A stretch of 64,000 bases of DNA, taken from NCBI GenBank assembly GCA_026023565.1, contig JAPETS010000021.1, positions 496,001 to 560,000 of the forward strand, given 5' to 3'. Positions 11,029 through 24,729 of the stretch are shown piece by piece. Made by a program: the position numbers and the translations under genes. Under the pieces are notes generated by a model, which was given only the letters and a program-made list of their open reading frames with translations, made no database searches and had not been told where the DNA came from. The stretch comes from Cirrosporium novae-zelandiae. Taxonomy: Eukaryota. Each line of letters begins with the position of its first letter. Position 1 is the first letter of the stretch.

Positions 11029-14000
11029 TCATGATCATGGGAGAACCTTGGTCCTTCGATTGTCGACGGTGTTGCATATTTTGTTGGAATATTCGCTGTT
11101 GGTGGTATATCTATTGTCGATATTTATTGGGGGCATCGCAAGTGGGTTCTTCTGAGGGTTATCCATGATTTCGTTATTTACCATTGGCGAATAAATGTTT
11201 GGTTTTCGTTGGACACTCTTAACTCTTGTACTTGTAGTAGGTTTTCTTCATTCGTCTCATCCATGGAATAGGCGAGTAGATGTACATTTCTGTCTTCCTT
11301 CTCCTATCCTTAACACCCAAAATAACTATTGTCCTCATTATTATTATTATTGAGGACGGGATATGAAGGGCGATGAAATAAATCAAGTAAGGGTATAAGA
11401 ACGGGTCTCGTATTGGCTCGACGGTCTGTTCGAATGAGGGGACTGGGACACCCTGGCGATCCTGACGGGAACAGTCCGTTCCCTCAACGAGGGGAACCCC
11501 CACCGAACGGAATTTCCACAACCCGTCAGTTAGCCCGCGTGGGGCTTGATGACCATTTCCCCAAAGTGCGGCAATGAATTTCTAAATAGAAGTCAGTCTA
11601 TGAATTTTTAGGCCGTAAAGACACTATCATAGGTATATAAATGTACACAAATTCTTAACGGGATAGGGAAAGGTAACTGAACGAGCGTATTTGGCGATGG
11701 CCTGGGTCTTCAATATCCATACTATTCCCTCAAAGAAGTTTGGATCAAGTTATTCCTCTTTCAATATGAGATCTCAAATGATAGGCATCGACCTAGGACA
11801 AATATACGGTTGGGGTGAAGGGGATATGGAAAGTAATATGGGTAACGTACCTTTATATAACATTTTTGAGTAATCTTTTAAATATATTGGATATATATCT
11901 CAAGAATCGTTTAGTTCGTTTATACTCGTGATTTTTTTAACGTAAAGGCATAATGCTGCGTTCTAACAAAGTGGGTGACCGTAATACGACTAAAGATGAT
12001 CGTGTATGCTCCCTAGTGCATTCGAATGGGTAGAAAGGGATCGAAGCAGTTGATGGTTATCCAGTAACTCAGTACTATATAGTATATTGCGAACATAGTA
12101 TAATGAGTAGTTTAGTAGAGACTAGAGAGGCAGGAAAGTTGTCAGCAAACGCCATTAAGATTGGCGGAGCACTATGAAGGTTTCCGCCACTTGGATCGTG
12201 ACTGCGCTGCAAACCGGAATTTAATGTACGTACCTATAGGACGAGTTTCCCTAAGGTTATAAAGGGTTGAAGATGGTGCTTGACTTGGAAAATGCTGAAG
12301 GGTGATTGTAAATGAAACATGCTGACTTGAGTGAACTGAGAAGGAGTTGTAGAACATTGTCCGTTCGTTGGCCTGGCTAGTCTCATGGAGCGTAAGAAGC
12401 AAGTTCTTGAGATAAAGTGAGTAGAGGATGCCTCAAGGTGATAATCTAGCATTAATAGGCGACTCGTTTGTGATGAGCTGGTAGACTGGGTAATCTGAAG
12501 AGAGTACTCAAGGTCGCTCTGCTTCTCAAGTCGATGGTAGTATCTTAAATGAAGGACTGCGTGATCAGCTAATGCATCTCGGTAGTCGTGTTGAGAAAGT
12601 CTGTTATGTGGGAGAGTGGACTGTTTTTATGGTAAGAAGTGAGACTTGGGGGGGGGGTGCTCCAGGAGGCCGTATGCAGTCTGTTTCAAGCACTAGTCTA
12701 CGTATAATGAAAAACAACGCTTTCATTCACTCGCGATTGTTGAGGGAATGAATATTCTGGAGACGGTCGTAAGGAATGAGGGAGGAGATTGAACGGGAAA
12801 GCTGTGTCAGAGTTCAGTATGTATGTAACAGTCTCCGGATCCAAGACAGAAAGATAGGACGTAGAACGCTATTGTAATTGATTCTCTCCCAGCTTGTAAG
12901 ATCATACTATGATTATTCATTCCATCGTACAACCACAAGAGTATGGTAGGGCTGAGATATACTCTTAAACATAAAGCACAGACCATCAATTCATCTTAGT
13001 AAGTATATCGGACTATGATCCTCTGATCCATCTTAGCGGATGGTTTGTTTATATTGAACTATCGCTGACACGAGGCTTTTCTCCTCCGGCTGAGCCCACC
13101 GTCAGATACACCCCTTTCGCAAGCTATGTTGCCCACTAGTGTGAAACCAACAAGCCACCCGAGGGCGTTTTCAGCATTGCGCTGGTGAGAATATTGTCAG
13201 CCATCTTCATAGCAAGGCCCAAGTAACAAAGTCGCATTGCTTCAGGATATCGTTCTCTAAGTCGCAAATAGAATTGCTAACTTATCTAGAATTACCATAG
13301 GAAGCTTACCATCGATGCCCTTCCTTTTCAGTACCACATCCGCGTTGTTAGCATAGTTACCTGCCGAGCAAACACCACGAGACTTCTTGGGAACGACTCC
13401 TAGATAATTATTCTTCGAATGATCTGAACGGAAATGCGCTTAATCATCTAATTATCACTCTTCAATCCATATGCGTATGCGACGCGATCCAAAACAGTAT
13501 CCCCCCTTCAGCGAATTAAGGCATTTAAATGACTCTAGGGATTTGACAAGAAATGAGAGTACAATACCTCCAAGAATAGTATCTACCTAACAAGTAGGAT
13601 ATGGATATTGGCAAGTGGTATAACGGAAAGATTTTCGAGCGATACGACCGGTTTCATGTGCATGCAGTTTGTATAAACCACCCACTAAAGGTCTAGTGCT
13701 AACGAACTTACTTAGTAGCTTCCATGAGGATATGCTCAAGGATGGGCTATGGATTTCAGGCTTCGACTTCCGAGGAACAATTATATCACCAAGATGATCA
13801 TCTTTCCTCGGGCGGGACGCTGCATATATCCGGGCTTCCCCCGGGAGCACACAATTCCTTTGCAGGTTGGTGTATTGGTGTACCTTGAAGACGAAGGAGA
13901 AACGCAACAGTCTCTTTAAAAAGTGTATCGTATTCCTTTGTCACCAGCAATGCCTGCGAATAATCTCCGTTCGGCCCAGTGATGTTGTTTCTGCATGAAC

Positions 14001-16314
14001 CCGTTGTAATATGCCGCAATATGTTGCAATGCCTTCGAATTGCAATAGGGGGACTAGACCAGGTTCAAATACCCGTGAACTATGAAATTGAGACTGTCAT
14101 ATTGTTGAATATGCCAAGTAAAAGAAAGAAATAAAACAAACAAACAACATTATATGATATATTCCTCTTCAAGTACTTGCCTTTGTTCATCATTGTTATT
14201 ATCAGTTATGGGTCAGTGGCTTATAGCAATGGGTAACATAGCTTTCAAGAATAGTCGCATAAAATTTCATATATATCTGATCTCTGACCCATTGAATTTT
14301 TCTTGTCACCCTCCTTCTTGCTAATCGGTGCCTCAGGATCTTCCTGATCATTATTTCTTGACTATAGTGGGATTCTACCTCGTCCCCGGGTGTTCACGAG
14401 CCTTTCTATCTGAAAGAGATGCCCGGAGACCTTCGGTGATCGAAGTCCTGTGGATTCTTGAAGCTTCTGGAATGGTTATGCTACTATTTGGATGAGCCTT
14501 TAGAGTTCAACTGCAAGTAGAAAATCGTCATTGAACAAATGCGTTATTAGATGAAACTCTGCTGATGGGAATGTCAGCCTCCGTGATCTTTTGAAAGGAC
14601 TGTTTATTGGCCGGCTATGGATTGGAACATAAAGCCCTGTTCCTGCGGTTGTCAAAGAGAAACACAATATTGTAAGTATCGTCATTGTTTTCCGGGCAAC
14701 CCCATGGGGAGACCTTTCGTGATCCATGGAGTTTAAACATTGCTAGGTAGGTCTGGAAACTGTCCAGAAAGGTGACGGGGGGTTATGTGAGAATCAGAAC
14801 TTAGATACATGTATCTGATGTTGCGAATATACTCAAAGCTATACAGCACATGGAAAGATTGGACTATTCTCTCCTTTGGAATATGGCCAGTATGTTAAGG
14901 TATCAACATGCTGTGGTTAGACCCGAAAAAGAGGTGAAAATAACTAGGGGTGATCTCCCTCTATCATTCCTTCGACCTGGGTATCTTTAACAAAGCTACT
15001 AGTAACGGGTTGCTACAAAGCAGCTACCAAAAGGTTGCTGTTGCTGCAAATTCGACCATGTTTCTAGAGAATAAAAGCTTTTCATCATATACCTAGGTAC
15101 CTAGGGACTCACGTGGGACCTAGAAGCGGTATCTTGCCCCACCCATTTTATCCCATCAATTTTATCCCAACCATCTTACCCGGGTATTCCCAAAAGGAAC
15201 CTGTTATGAATATGAACAATGATGTAACTTGACCCACAAACGAGCTATTTCGATTCCTATTTATATGAAAATCACTTCCAGAGCAATTTCTAACTCGGGA
15301 TGGAAATTTATATTGATCTTATTGTAAGTCTTTTTGAGGTATCAAAACTACCTTCATTAACTTTCATTCCTTGCTATATTAAAGTTAGAAGTTGACGATA
15401 GATGACTCTAGGTTACAGTAGAAGCTTCTAAATGAGGATCTCAGGAAAGTTTCTTCGTCCATGCCTTCTACAGCAGTTACGCTGAAGAGACCGAGCAAAT
15501 ACCGTATGACACAATAGCGTGAGCTTAGAATATTACCTCCCCTCTTTGTCTCATACCCTGCTGACAAGATATCAACAAAGGTGTTGGAGACCGGGGCTAC
15601 AATGAAGGGTTATGTACACTAGTTTACCAATAATGCTCTAGTCTGACACAATTGTCTATCTGCGGAGCCAGTCCTCGTGAAAGAGATGCCCACCAAGTGT
15701 GCTTTTAACTTGAACAAATCCTTCATATGTCTCAGCCACACACTTCGCCTAGATCAACTTGAACCATGCTACCGACCAAGTAGGTATATTAACCTAGAGG
15801 GCAGTGAAGGTCGCTACAAATGTGGAATGTGATGTCAGTGTGAACATGCACAGGTTGCCCTCTGCTATGACTAGGCTTTGGGGGGGGTGATATCTCAAAA
15901 TCACCTTCAAGGATGAGCTGCTTGATTGTGTTACCAACACAAAGAGAGCCGCGCTCACCTCCACCAAGGAACCTTGGAGTACAATATATTAGAAAGCAGC
16001 GAGTAGATGACTGCCACTATCGGAAGCAAGATACAAGTCGTGAGCCAAACTACGGCGAGTAAGAATCAGGCATGTAAGCTCTTTAGCTGTACAGCATCAT
16101 CATCATCACTACTACATAGCTAAAATATATAGAGCTCCTCGTATTTTTTTCGTGCATAAAGTTCCCCAAAACATGGAGTTAATCATGCGAGCAGAAATTT
16201 CATGCTAAAGGTTATGCAATACTATAAAAATATGTATAGACGAAGGTAAAGCTCCAGTGAAATGTCATGAAGTATTCTAAGACCAAGCCTAGACTCACAA
16301 AATTCTTTTCTTAC

Positions 16315-18324
16315 CTATGCAAGAACTCGTTCAACAAGCCTTCGGAGACACATCCACAGGCTGATGAAGCCTTTCAAAGGCCTCTGGTTATTATCGTAAG
16401 GGGAAAGGTAAAGAACATTATTAACAGGCCGCTGATTCAAAATTTGATGTTCGCTGAACCAATTTCCGTGCAACCCATAGGGTACACGTTGTGGGAGCTT
16501 GATGCGTGCTACAACATTTGCCATCGTTTTCGCATCGATAATCCAAAGCTCACTCTTGGAATCAGGTGGGCATTGACCTTGAGGGTCCAGCTGACTTTCA
16601 TCAAAAACATAGGCCAAAATCCATCCGTCATCTTCAGAAGTTCCGCCATCACGAGGGACGAATCGAGATTCTTGTGCAAACCACCCTGCTGGCATTTCAA
16701 AGACCTTGATTGGATCAAAAGGATCCTTGGACAGTAGTATTTCCGCAAGGCTTCGTGTATCTACGCATCCAATCACAGGGGTAGGGGGATCGATTTTTCC
16801 TCGTTCGATTAGAGCCAGAACGTCCACTTTAACAAGTGAGTTAATTTTCACGCCACGGCCAAGTGCAGCTCTGAATATTGTATCATTAACAGAGCAGCCA
16901 TAAATAAACCGAGCTGCCGACATTGCACGACTCTCCCGAAGGGAAGGAAATTCAAAAGGGACCGCCGAAAGTGCCCATTGATGGGTAATGACTCCACGAA
17001 TATCTCTCTTTGAGGATGAAATAGCAAATCGATAGTAGTACAAACGGCATTGTTCTTCCTCAACTTCGTGAGGCGCCATAAGCGGAAGAACAGGCATCGG
17101 TATATCGCCAGCGCTATACACAAGAGAGCCGGAGGTCAGTCGACATACAAGCATGTTGACCGCTATCGGTACAACCTGGTCTCCAGAGAGAGTGGAAATT
17201 TCATCCCAAGTATTTGCGGTATGAAATATACAACACGCCTTGGTCTCAAACCACCTGATCTGGTCCGGATCGTACCTGGGAAAAACTCCAAATCGAGAAC
17301 AATAAGATGGGTCATAACAAACAATGGGTCTGCCTTTGAGCAAATTTAATGGATCCAATGACAGGGGAAGGTCCATAATCACAGTATGGTTGGAAGAAAC
17401 ACCAAAGTCGTGCATCATCTTCGCAGAAGAGATTTCAGGAACAGGCCTATTGAGTAGACGAGTTCGTACAGGAGATTTTCCAGCCGATTTAATTTTGTGC
17501 ATACTTGGTAAAACGGAATAATGCACATATGGCGGTATGAATGTGGAGTGGAAAAGAACCATATCCCCCGTTTGTGGATCTGAATGGGGATGTGCAGTTG
17601 TCCACTCATTCATAAAACTCGAGAGGCCTTGGCCACCAAACCCTGGGCCATCTTCGCCGCCAAGTTCTCCTTCTGCTCGCCTCCCGTTAAACCAACCCAC
17701 AGTCTCTAAACCTGGTAAAGCTATCATCATAGGCGGTCCGCTTTCACAGAGTGCCAAAGCTCGGCCATCGTGATATGTAATACTTGTGTTGGCTACACTG
17801 ATCCGCGTAATGTCTGACCGAGAACCTGGAAGACGGGAGAAAATAATCAGAAGGAATGTTCGTAGAATGCTGGAGAATATTGTAAATATTGATGATAGTG
17901 GGTCGACTAAAGTAGCTATGCTTGGCAATATTGGCAACTTGAGGAAAGGTGAGAAGACAGCAGATATATATACATCCGTTAAGATATATTTATTAACGAA
18001 TTCTGGCTGCACTTCCATGCCACCTTCTGAAAGTCGGCGAAAGGAAACACCACTCAGCATACCGTCGCCATCGAACCAGTGTGCTTCCCGGCTAAGGTCT
18101 TCGTTTATCACAGGATTGCAACCATTTCGTACATATTGGCCCCCTATAAATTCCTTGGGAATTATTCCAGTCCAAGAGCAGGGTGTCAGTGACCGTTCCT
18201 GGTTAATGGGTGCAAAGTTACCAGACAAGTAGCTACAAGAAAACCGTTAGCTTCAGGTGACAAAGACTGAGATGTTTTTGGCTAACGGGTGTGGATGGTC
18301 CTTTTTTCTCTTGGATTGAAACAT
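16315..18324 (-). CDS. carX: Carotenoid cleavage oxygenase (RPE65 family), CarX/retinal-forming type; exons 18324-18287, 18232-16315
   Basis: Spliced N-terminus MFQSKRKKDHPHPYLSGNFAP. YVRNG and HWFDGDGML motifs. Four Fe-ligand His contexts: TAHPH, MMHDFG, IFHTAN, YGLHGNW. Divergent from carRA as in the Fusarium car cluster. Confidence 0.9.
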
Positions 18325-19263
18325 TAAAGAATTCATAATCAACGCAACAAGAATTGAAGGATCAGCATAGTTGCAACCTACCGAAAAATCTATATATGGC
18401 GAGATTTATATTATCCCAAGTCCAAGGGAGTATGGTTTAGAAGCTTGAGGGGTTGATACTGATGGCGTATAGAAACCATGGTTCATCGGCACTTGATACT
18501 ATGTTAGGTACTGTACATGTAGGTAGGTACTCGAGTATATACTGTGTACAGAATACTTGACATGTGGGTAGCCGATTATTTTTAGAAAACAATGTCATTT
18601 TGTAAACATATCCCCTCAAACACTCGAAGTTTGTATTGAGATACTTCCACGTCGTGTGTAACAGCGTTTAGAAGGATGTCACCAGTTAGTTGAACGTCAT
18701 CTCCAATCATTAAATTATAGACATTAGCTAATCTAAATCTAGGTTAGCACTCGGGAATTGAAATACCGAAGAAAACTCGGCCTAATCGAGGCTAGTTTCA
18801 GGAATATCCTCCTCTTCCCCTCCAGGTTTCCTAAAGTTTTGGAGCTTGAAAGAAGTAATTCTGCAAATGTCAAAGTCAAAATAATCATAAACAAAAAAAA
18901 TTTAATCATAGGCTAACTGTTATGATCTTTTCATCATCGTTGTTCTTCCAAGCTTGGCTTCTACTTCGTACCAGGTATCATAATTCCTAATTGTGGCGTG
19001 TGTGGCTAACATTTTCATCAAGATTTGTCTTTCATTCTTGGTTTAATTTATGACGTGGTACTTAATCATTCATTCTTTGCTTTTTTAGTGTCATTAATTA
19101 TTGGTGAAGCCATCTATCCCCATTTCAAACTCATCTTGGAGACCAAGATAGATTGTATCCGAATTTCAAGACATCTCTGCTTTATTAAACTTCCCTAGGC
19201 GCCAGCAGTGTAATGATTTTAGACGCATCATTTCGCCCATGACAACTGCTTTCTCTCAGGAGT
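18325..19263. promoter_or_regulatory. Shared bidirectional promoter region of carX and carRA
   Basis: 939-bp AT-rich interval between head-to-head start codons. Confidence 0.6.
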
Positions 19264-21406
19264 ATGGGACACGATTATGCTTTCATGTATGTTCTCTCAT
19301 GACCGAATTATATATAATCAAAGATGACTAATACCAACGTCTTTTGTTAGCCATCTCCTGTATACTGTACCCCCTGCTACAGCTCTAACCCTCATTTATT
19401 CCCCCCTTTTTACTCGTCTTGATGCATATAAGTTAGTCCTTCTGATAACTGTAAGCTATCGCCTCTGTATCTCATCTTTCCAAACCTCGAGATCTGAATG
19501 ATGCTAGATCGCCGTACTTGCAACTACTCCATGGGACTCGTTCCTAATCCGAAGAGGGATATGGACGTACCCATCAGAAGCAGTGATGGGAATAACTCTA
19601 CTCCAGATACCAGTTGAAGAATATTTCTTTTTTATTATTCAGACCTACACCACTTCCTTGCTGTATTACATATTGACCCGGCCAGTTCTACATGTTATGT
19701 TCTTGTCCTCGGAAAGCTACGAATCCCCTCCTAATGGCTCTGCTCTCATCAGGCTTTCTTTAAAAAAATTGAGACGCATTGGCCAATTAATTCTATTATT
19801 GATATTTAGTGTAGGAATACAAATGGTCAAATCAGGGAAGGAATTTATGTATCTAGGATTGATTGTTGTATGGGCAAGCCCATTTTTATTTCTTCTTTGG
19901 TCGGTTCCAATTAATCTCCTGCTGAAAATTTGAAGAGGTTTACTAACTTTGCTAGGTCTTTGTCATACCAATTTATCATTGGCTTGCCTTTATCTAGCAC
20001 CTTAATTCCAATTGCAGTGCCGACTCTATATCTCTGGATTGTTGATACTGTTGCGTTGAGACGAGGGACATGGGTAATCCAGGATGGGACAAAGGTCGGT
20101 TTTCATCTTTGGGATGGACTAGAAATTGAGTATGTGCTTCTTCACAACAAAGAATTTTTGGAGTAGCATGATCTTCTAACCTTGGCAGGGAGGCGCTATT
20201 CTTCCTCCTTACCAATATTCTTGTCGTCCTTGGCCAAATAGCCTTCGTTAGTATCACCAGTAATTGCACGTGGAAGCTTTATACCAATCCAAGATTTAGG
20301 ACAATGCACTTGCAGTGATAGAGGCCTTTCCAGCCCTGTATCCGGAGCCTTCTTCGCTTCCATCACCAGTATTTCTGACGAAAGCTCTACTTGTCCCGGT
20401 ATCATCCTATGATGAGGAACGTCTTGAGGCGATACGCCAGGCAATGCTCCGACTAAAGGTTAAAAGTCATAGTTTTTATCTGGCAAGCGGAATGTTTCGA
20501 GGACGACTTCGTATTGATTTAGTGTTACTGTAAGTTCTCTTTCATACTACCTACATTGGTTTTTCTTATTGAAAATCCTACAGTTACTCATTTTGCAGAG
20601 CTGCGGATGATTTGATAGACAATGCTCAGAGCCGCGCTCTTGCAAACAATTGGATAAGCATACTAACCCGTTATTTGGATATCGCATATGATACTACCCG
20701 GACATCCGATGATAGCAGACAACTACAGCAATTTGTTATCAATAATTTTCCATCTAGCATCCACTCTACGCTTTTTTACCTTCCTACTGCTTATTTGGAT
20801 CCCAAGCCATTCCACGAATTAATCCAAGGTTTCAAGACCGATATCGACTTTATCTCCCCCCAGGGTTTTCCTATTAGAGTGGAAGATGATCTTCATTTAT
20901 ATGCTTCGAGAGTTGCTGGCACAGTTGCGGATCTATGCCTCCAGCTTGTATTCCACCATACAAGACAAAACTTTTCCAAAGCCCAACGCCACCGCTGTGT
21001 TCAAGCTGGAATGCTAATGGGGAATGCCCTTCAACTTGTTAATGTTGCGAGAGATGTTGTTATTGATGCCCAGATTGGTCGTGTCTATCTACCTTTGTCT
21101 TGGCTTCAGGAGATCGGTATTACCCCTGAAATGGTCATACGGAATCCAGATAGTGAGTCTGTGAAAGCCTTGAGACATAATCTACTTCGTGTGGCCTTTG
21201 ATATATACATGGGGTCAAGGTCAGTCATTGAGGAACTCCCAAAAGAGGCAAGAGGTCCTATGAGAGTTGCTGTAGAACAATACATGGAAATTGGGCGGGT
21301 CTTGCAGGAGAGGAATTGCAGAGCGGTAAGCAGAAAAGCAACTGTGCCAAAGCTTCGGAGGATAAAAGTTGCATGGACCACTTTGATTTCAGGCATATAT
21401 TTATGA
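19264..21406 (+). CDS. carRA: Bifunctional lycopene cyclase/phytoene synthase (CarRA/AL-2); 7 exons
   Basis: [33 protein letters not shown] and IPVEEYFFF (cyclase repeats). [30 protein letters not shown] and [13 protein letters not shown]...GRVYLP (synthase). The frame is intact after splicing. Confidence 0.95.
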
Positions 21407-21747
21407 AGCATATCGTGTTTTTAGTGGTTTTAAAAATAATTATAGCATCATCTGCAGATCCTTAGTTTTATGGTTCTCGCAAAAAGTAGCTACTGTAAAT
21501 TATATTTTGTCCTTCGGTAAATGTTCTCGCTTTGCAGCTGTAGTTTATAGTTTGGGGAGTTTCGTAGTCGGCAAGGAACCGAGGTCTCACATTCCTTGAT
21601 TTACATCATTATGTAAAGTATGTAGCCAATACTTTTCTCATCGTGCCAGAATAATGGATCATGAAGAAATTTTGGTGTATTCTTTGCCTATATCTAGGTA
21701 TATGCCAGGACATTTTCTAACATCTACAGCCCTCAATTGTTCTAGTC

Positions 21748-23603
21748 ATGGCGGAGAAGGAGGCTAGAAAAACTGCTCTGGTAGTTGGTTAGTTACTCTA
21801 CTTTGGATAGCCATAGCCCTTATCGCTTACCCCACAACATGCTGATTGATCAAAATTCCCTAGGTGCCGGTATTGGAGGGGTATCCACTGCCGCACGACT
21901 TGCAAAAGCGGGCTTTAGCGTGACTATACTCGAGAAAAATGAATTTGCTGGTGGACGGTGCTCTCTATTACACCACCATGATTGGGTTCTGTGTTCTCCT
22001 CTCTTGCTCACAATTAGCATACATGCTAACTAAACCCTAGCGATTTGACCAAGGACCGTCACTGCTTCTCCTTCCTCGCCTTTTCGAAGAAACGTTTCAG
22101 GACCTTGATACATCCCTTGAAGATGAAGGAGTGCATTTACTCAAATGTGAACCTAATTACAAACTATGGTTCGGCGATGGAGAATCCATTGAATTATCCA
22201 CAGATCTTGCAAGGATGAAATCCGAAGTAGAGAAATGGGAAGGTAAAGATGGCTTCGAGAGATACCTCCGTTTCCTCCAGGAAGCTCATCGCCATTATGA
22301 AATAAGTGTGGAACAGGTCTTGAAGAAGAACTTTACATCAATTTTCAGTATGGCAAGGCCAACTTTCCTCCGACACCTTCTAGATCTGCATCCCTTTGAG
22401 AGCATCTATACTAGAGCCTCAAAATATTTCTGGACAGAACGGTTACGGAGAGCCTTTACATTTGCCAGCATGTACATGGGGATGTCACCTTTCGATGCTC
22501 CTGGTACTTATAGTCTCCTCCAATATACGGAGATTGCTGAGGGAATTTGGTATCCTGAAGGTGGTTTCCACCGTGTTGTAGATGCCTTGGTCAATGTCGG
22601 AAAACGTCTGGGCGTGGAGTATCGCCTATCAACTACGGTTGACAAGATTAAGTTATCTTCTCCCAACTTTTCCGATAATCGACATGCACAGGGTGTTATA
22701 CTTGCTTCAGGTGAGGAATTACTAGCAGATGTTGTGGTTGTGAATGCAGATCTAGTATATGCTTACAAAAATCTCCTTCCACCGTCCTCGCTTGCAGAAT
22801 CATTGCAGAAGCGGCCCGCAAGCTGTAGTAGTATATCGTTCTACTGGGCGCTGAACCGAAAGCTACCCGAACTTCATACGCATAATATCTTCTTGGCAGA
22901 TGACTACAAGGAAAGCTTTGATGATATTTTCAAGCACCAATTAATACCGAAACAACCTTCTTTCTACGTCAATGTCCCATCTCGGATTGATCCTACTGCT
23001 GCGCCAAATGGGAAAGAGTCGGTTATCGTTCTTGTGCCCGTAGGTCATCTTCTTGACAAGCAGGAAGGAATATGTGTCGACTTGTCAACAACACAAGATT
23101 GGGATGGTATGGTTGATAAAGCTCGGGAGACGATAATATCTACAATTCAAGCTAGAACCGGGGCCCGAAAACTTAAGGAAGCAACCGTTAACGAATTCAT
23201 CAATACACCTCTAACGTGGAAACCAAAATTCAACCTCGATAAGGGTGCTATTCTTGGGTTGAGCCATTCATTTTTTAATATACTTTCATTCCGACCAAAG
23301 ACGAAACATCCAAGAATCGGCAATTTATATTTTGTTGGTGCTTCGACGCATCCAGGGACAGGCGTACCAATATGCCTCGCTGGGAGCAGAATCACAACAG
23401 AGCAAATATTAGAAGAGTTCAAGTTAACTGCCTCATGGCTTAGGAAACGTGCCAACGTCAAGGTTGCACAGAAAAGCATAGATAAAGTTAGGATCTATCC
23501 CCTGGGTTCTAATTTGCAAATCACATTGCTAATTCTACTTATCGCTCTCCTTGGAGCAATTATTCAGTCCTGGGAGCTGAAAGGCTTTGGTTATGGATGG
23601 TGA
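21748..23603 (+). CDS. carB: Phytoene desaturase, CrtI type (CarB/AL-1); 3 exons
   Basis: ALVV|GAGIGG FAD-binding motif, LEKN..GGRCS, RFDQGPSLLL, MYMGMSP, GIWYPEGG, FYVNVPSRIDP, LYFVGASTHPGTGVP and a C-terminal TM segment. Confidence 0.96.
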
Positions 23604-24372
23604 AATTGAAACTAATAATGACTGTATTCTCTTACAAGAGGCAAGTTGCTTATCAACAGGTGCATATTAGCCAGGTTTCGACCACTAGTTGAAATATACT
23701 GGCCATCATCCTTGCATAACAGCTCTTGTGTGGAAAATGGTTTACAGTACGAGAATGGCCTGTACAATGAATACCCGAGAATAAGCCCACGTGGTTTGGG
23801 GGGATTGTCTTATAAATTAGAGAGATGATAAATTCGAAGTTCACTGCAAGGTGGATAAAGGAGCAAGCGGACTAATCTAGGTGGAGGGATATTCGGTGGT
23901 CTTGTGCAAATGATTGTACCGAGTAGCGGTGACCTAGATGTACAGACAGCTTGGGGTCATCTCATCGTCTTACGATGCTCGAGAGATCGCAAATAGCTGT
24001 CGACCAGCATCCAAGGTTGATGATGGATACTGTAATTCATAAGCCTGCGAACATGGACCTGTCATTCCACGCGGATCCGAGTGGTGAGCACTTCAGAAAC
24101 ACCGGAGCCGATGGGATTGAGTTGTTGGTCGACGAAAAGGTGACGAAAGGGAAAATGTGGAGTTTGTGCTCCCAACGTTGACAAAACCCCTCAGAGAATC
24201 TTGGCGACAATTTGGATTGGACCTTGGAGCCAATGACGATAAGTGAAAGTTTTTGGGATGTGCGTTGTAGGGAAGACTGAAATGGGATGACACATAATTG
24301 CCGATCTTTCCGGTCCAACCAGGGCACATTCAGAAAATCTGCTTTGAAGGTTTTTATGCTGCCAATCCATTA

Positions 24373-24409
24373 AATCCATCAATCCATCAATCCATCAATC
24401 CATCGATCC
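24373..24409. repeat. (AATCCATC)x4 tandem octamer upstream of the opsin
   Basis: Direct reading; ends in ATCGATCC. Confidence 0.8.
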
Positions 24410-24691
24410 TACTCGTCTAAATTACCTTCATAATATGATAGGAAATTCTTTAAATTAAAAAAAAAGGTTGAGGAGCTTTAAGGGACTTAGGATGGAGGTT
24501 GGATGGACCTAGGTCTAGAAAGGAAAAGTAATCCAACTGAGGTTCAATCAAGCTTCATAGATGCATTACAAAGGCTGATTTGTTGAGGGTCGTGATCCAC
24601 TAATGGAGAGATCTTCCAATTTACTAATTACTGAGTACTCGAGTAGTTTACTTGTGGGGTCTGTGCTTCTACATCCATCATGCAAGAGAGA

Positions 24692-24729
24692 GCAACAGCA
24701 GCAACAGCAGCAACAGCAGCAAGCAGCAA
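24692..24729. repeat. (CAR)n trinucleotide microsatellite
   Basis: gcaacagcagcaacagcagcaacagcagcaagcagcaa. Confidence 0.8.

Noticed and set aside
14045..14080. GGTTCAAAT tRNA T-loop/B-box-like sequence
   Set aside because: No acceptor stem, D-arm or anticodon arm can be formed.
16267..18232. Several + strand ORFs antisense to carX (and similar ones opposite the helicase, TOK, MFS and SIT genes)
   Set aside because: Shadow ORFs of real genes with no motifs of their own.
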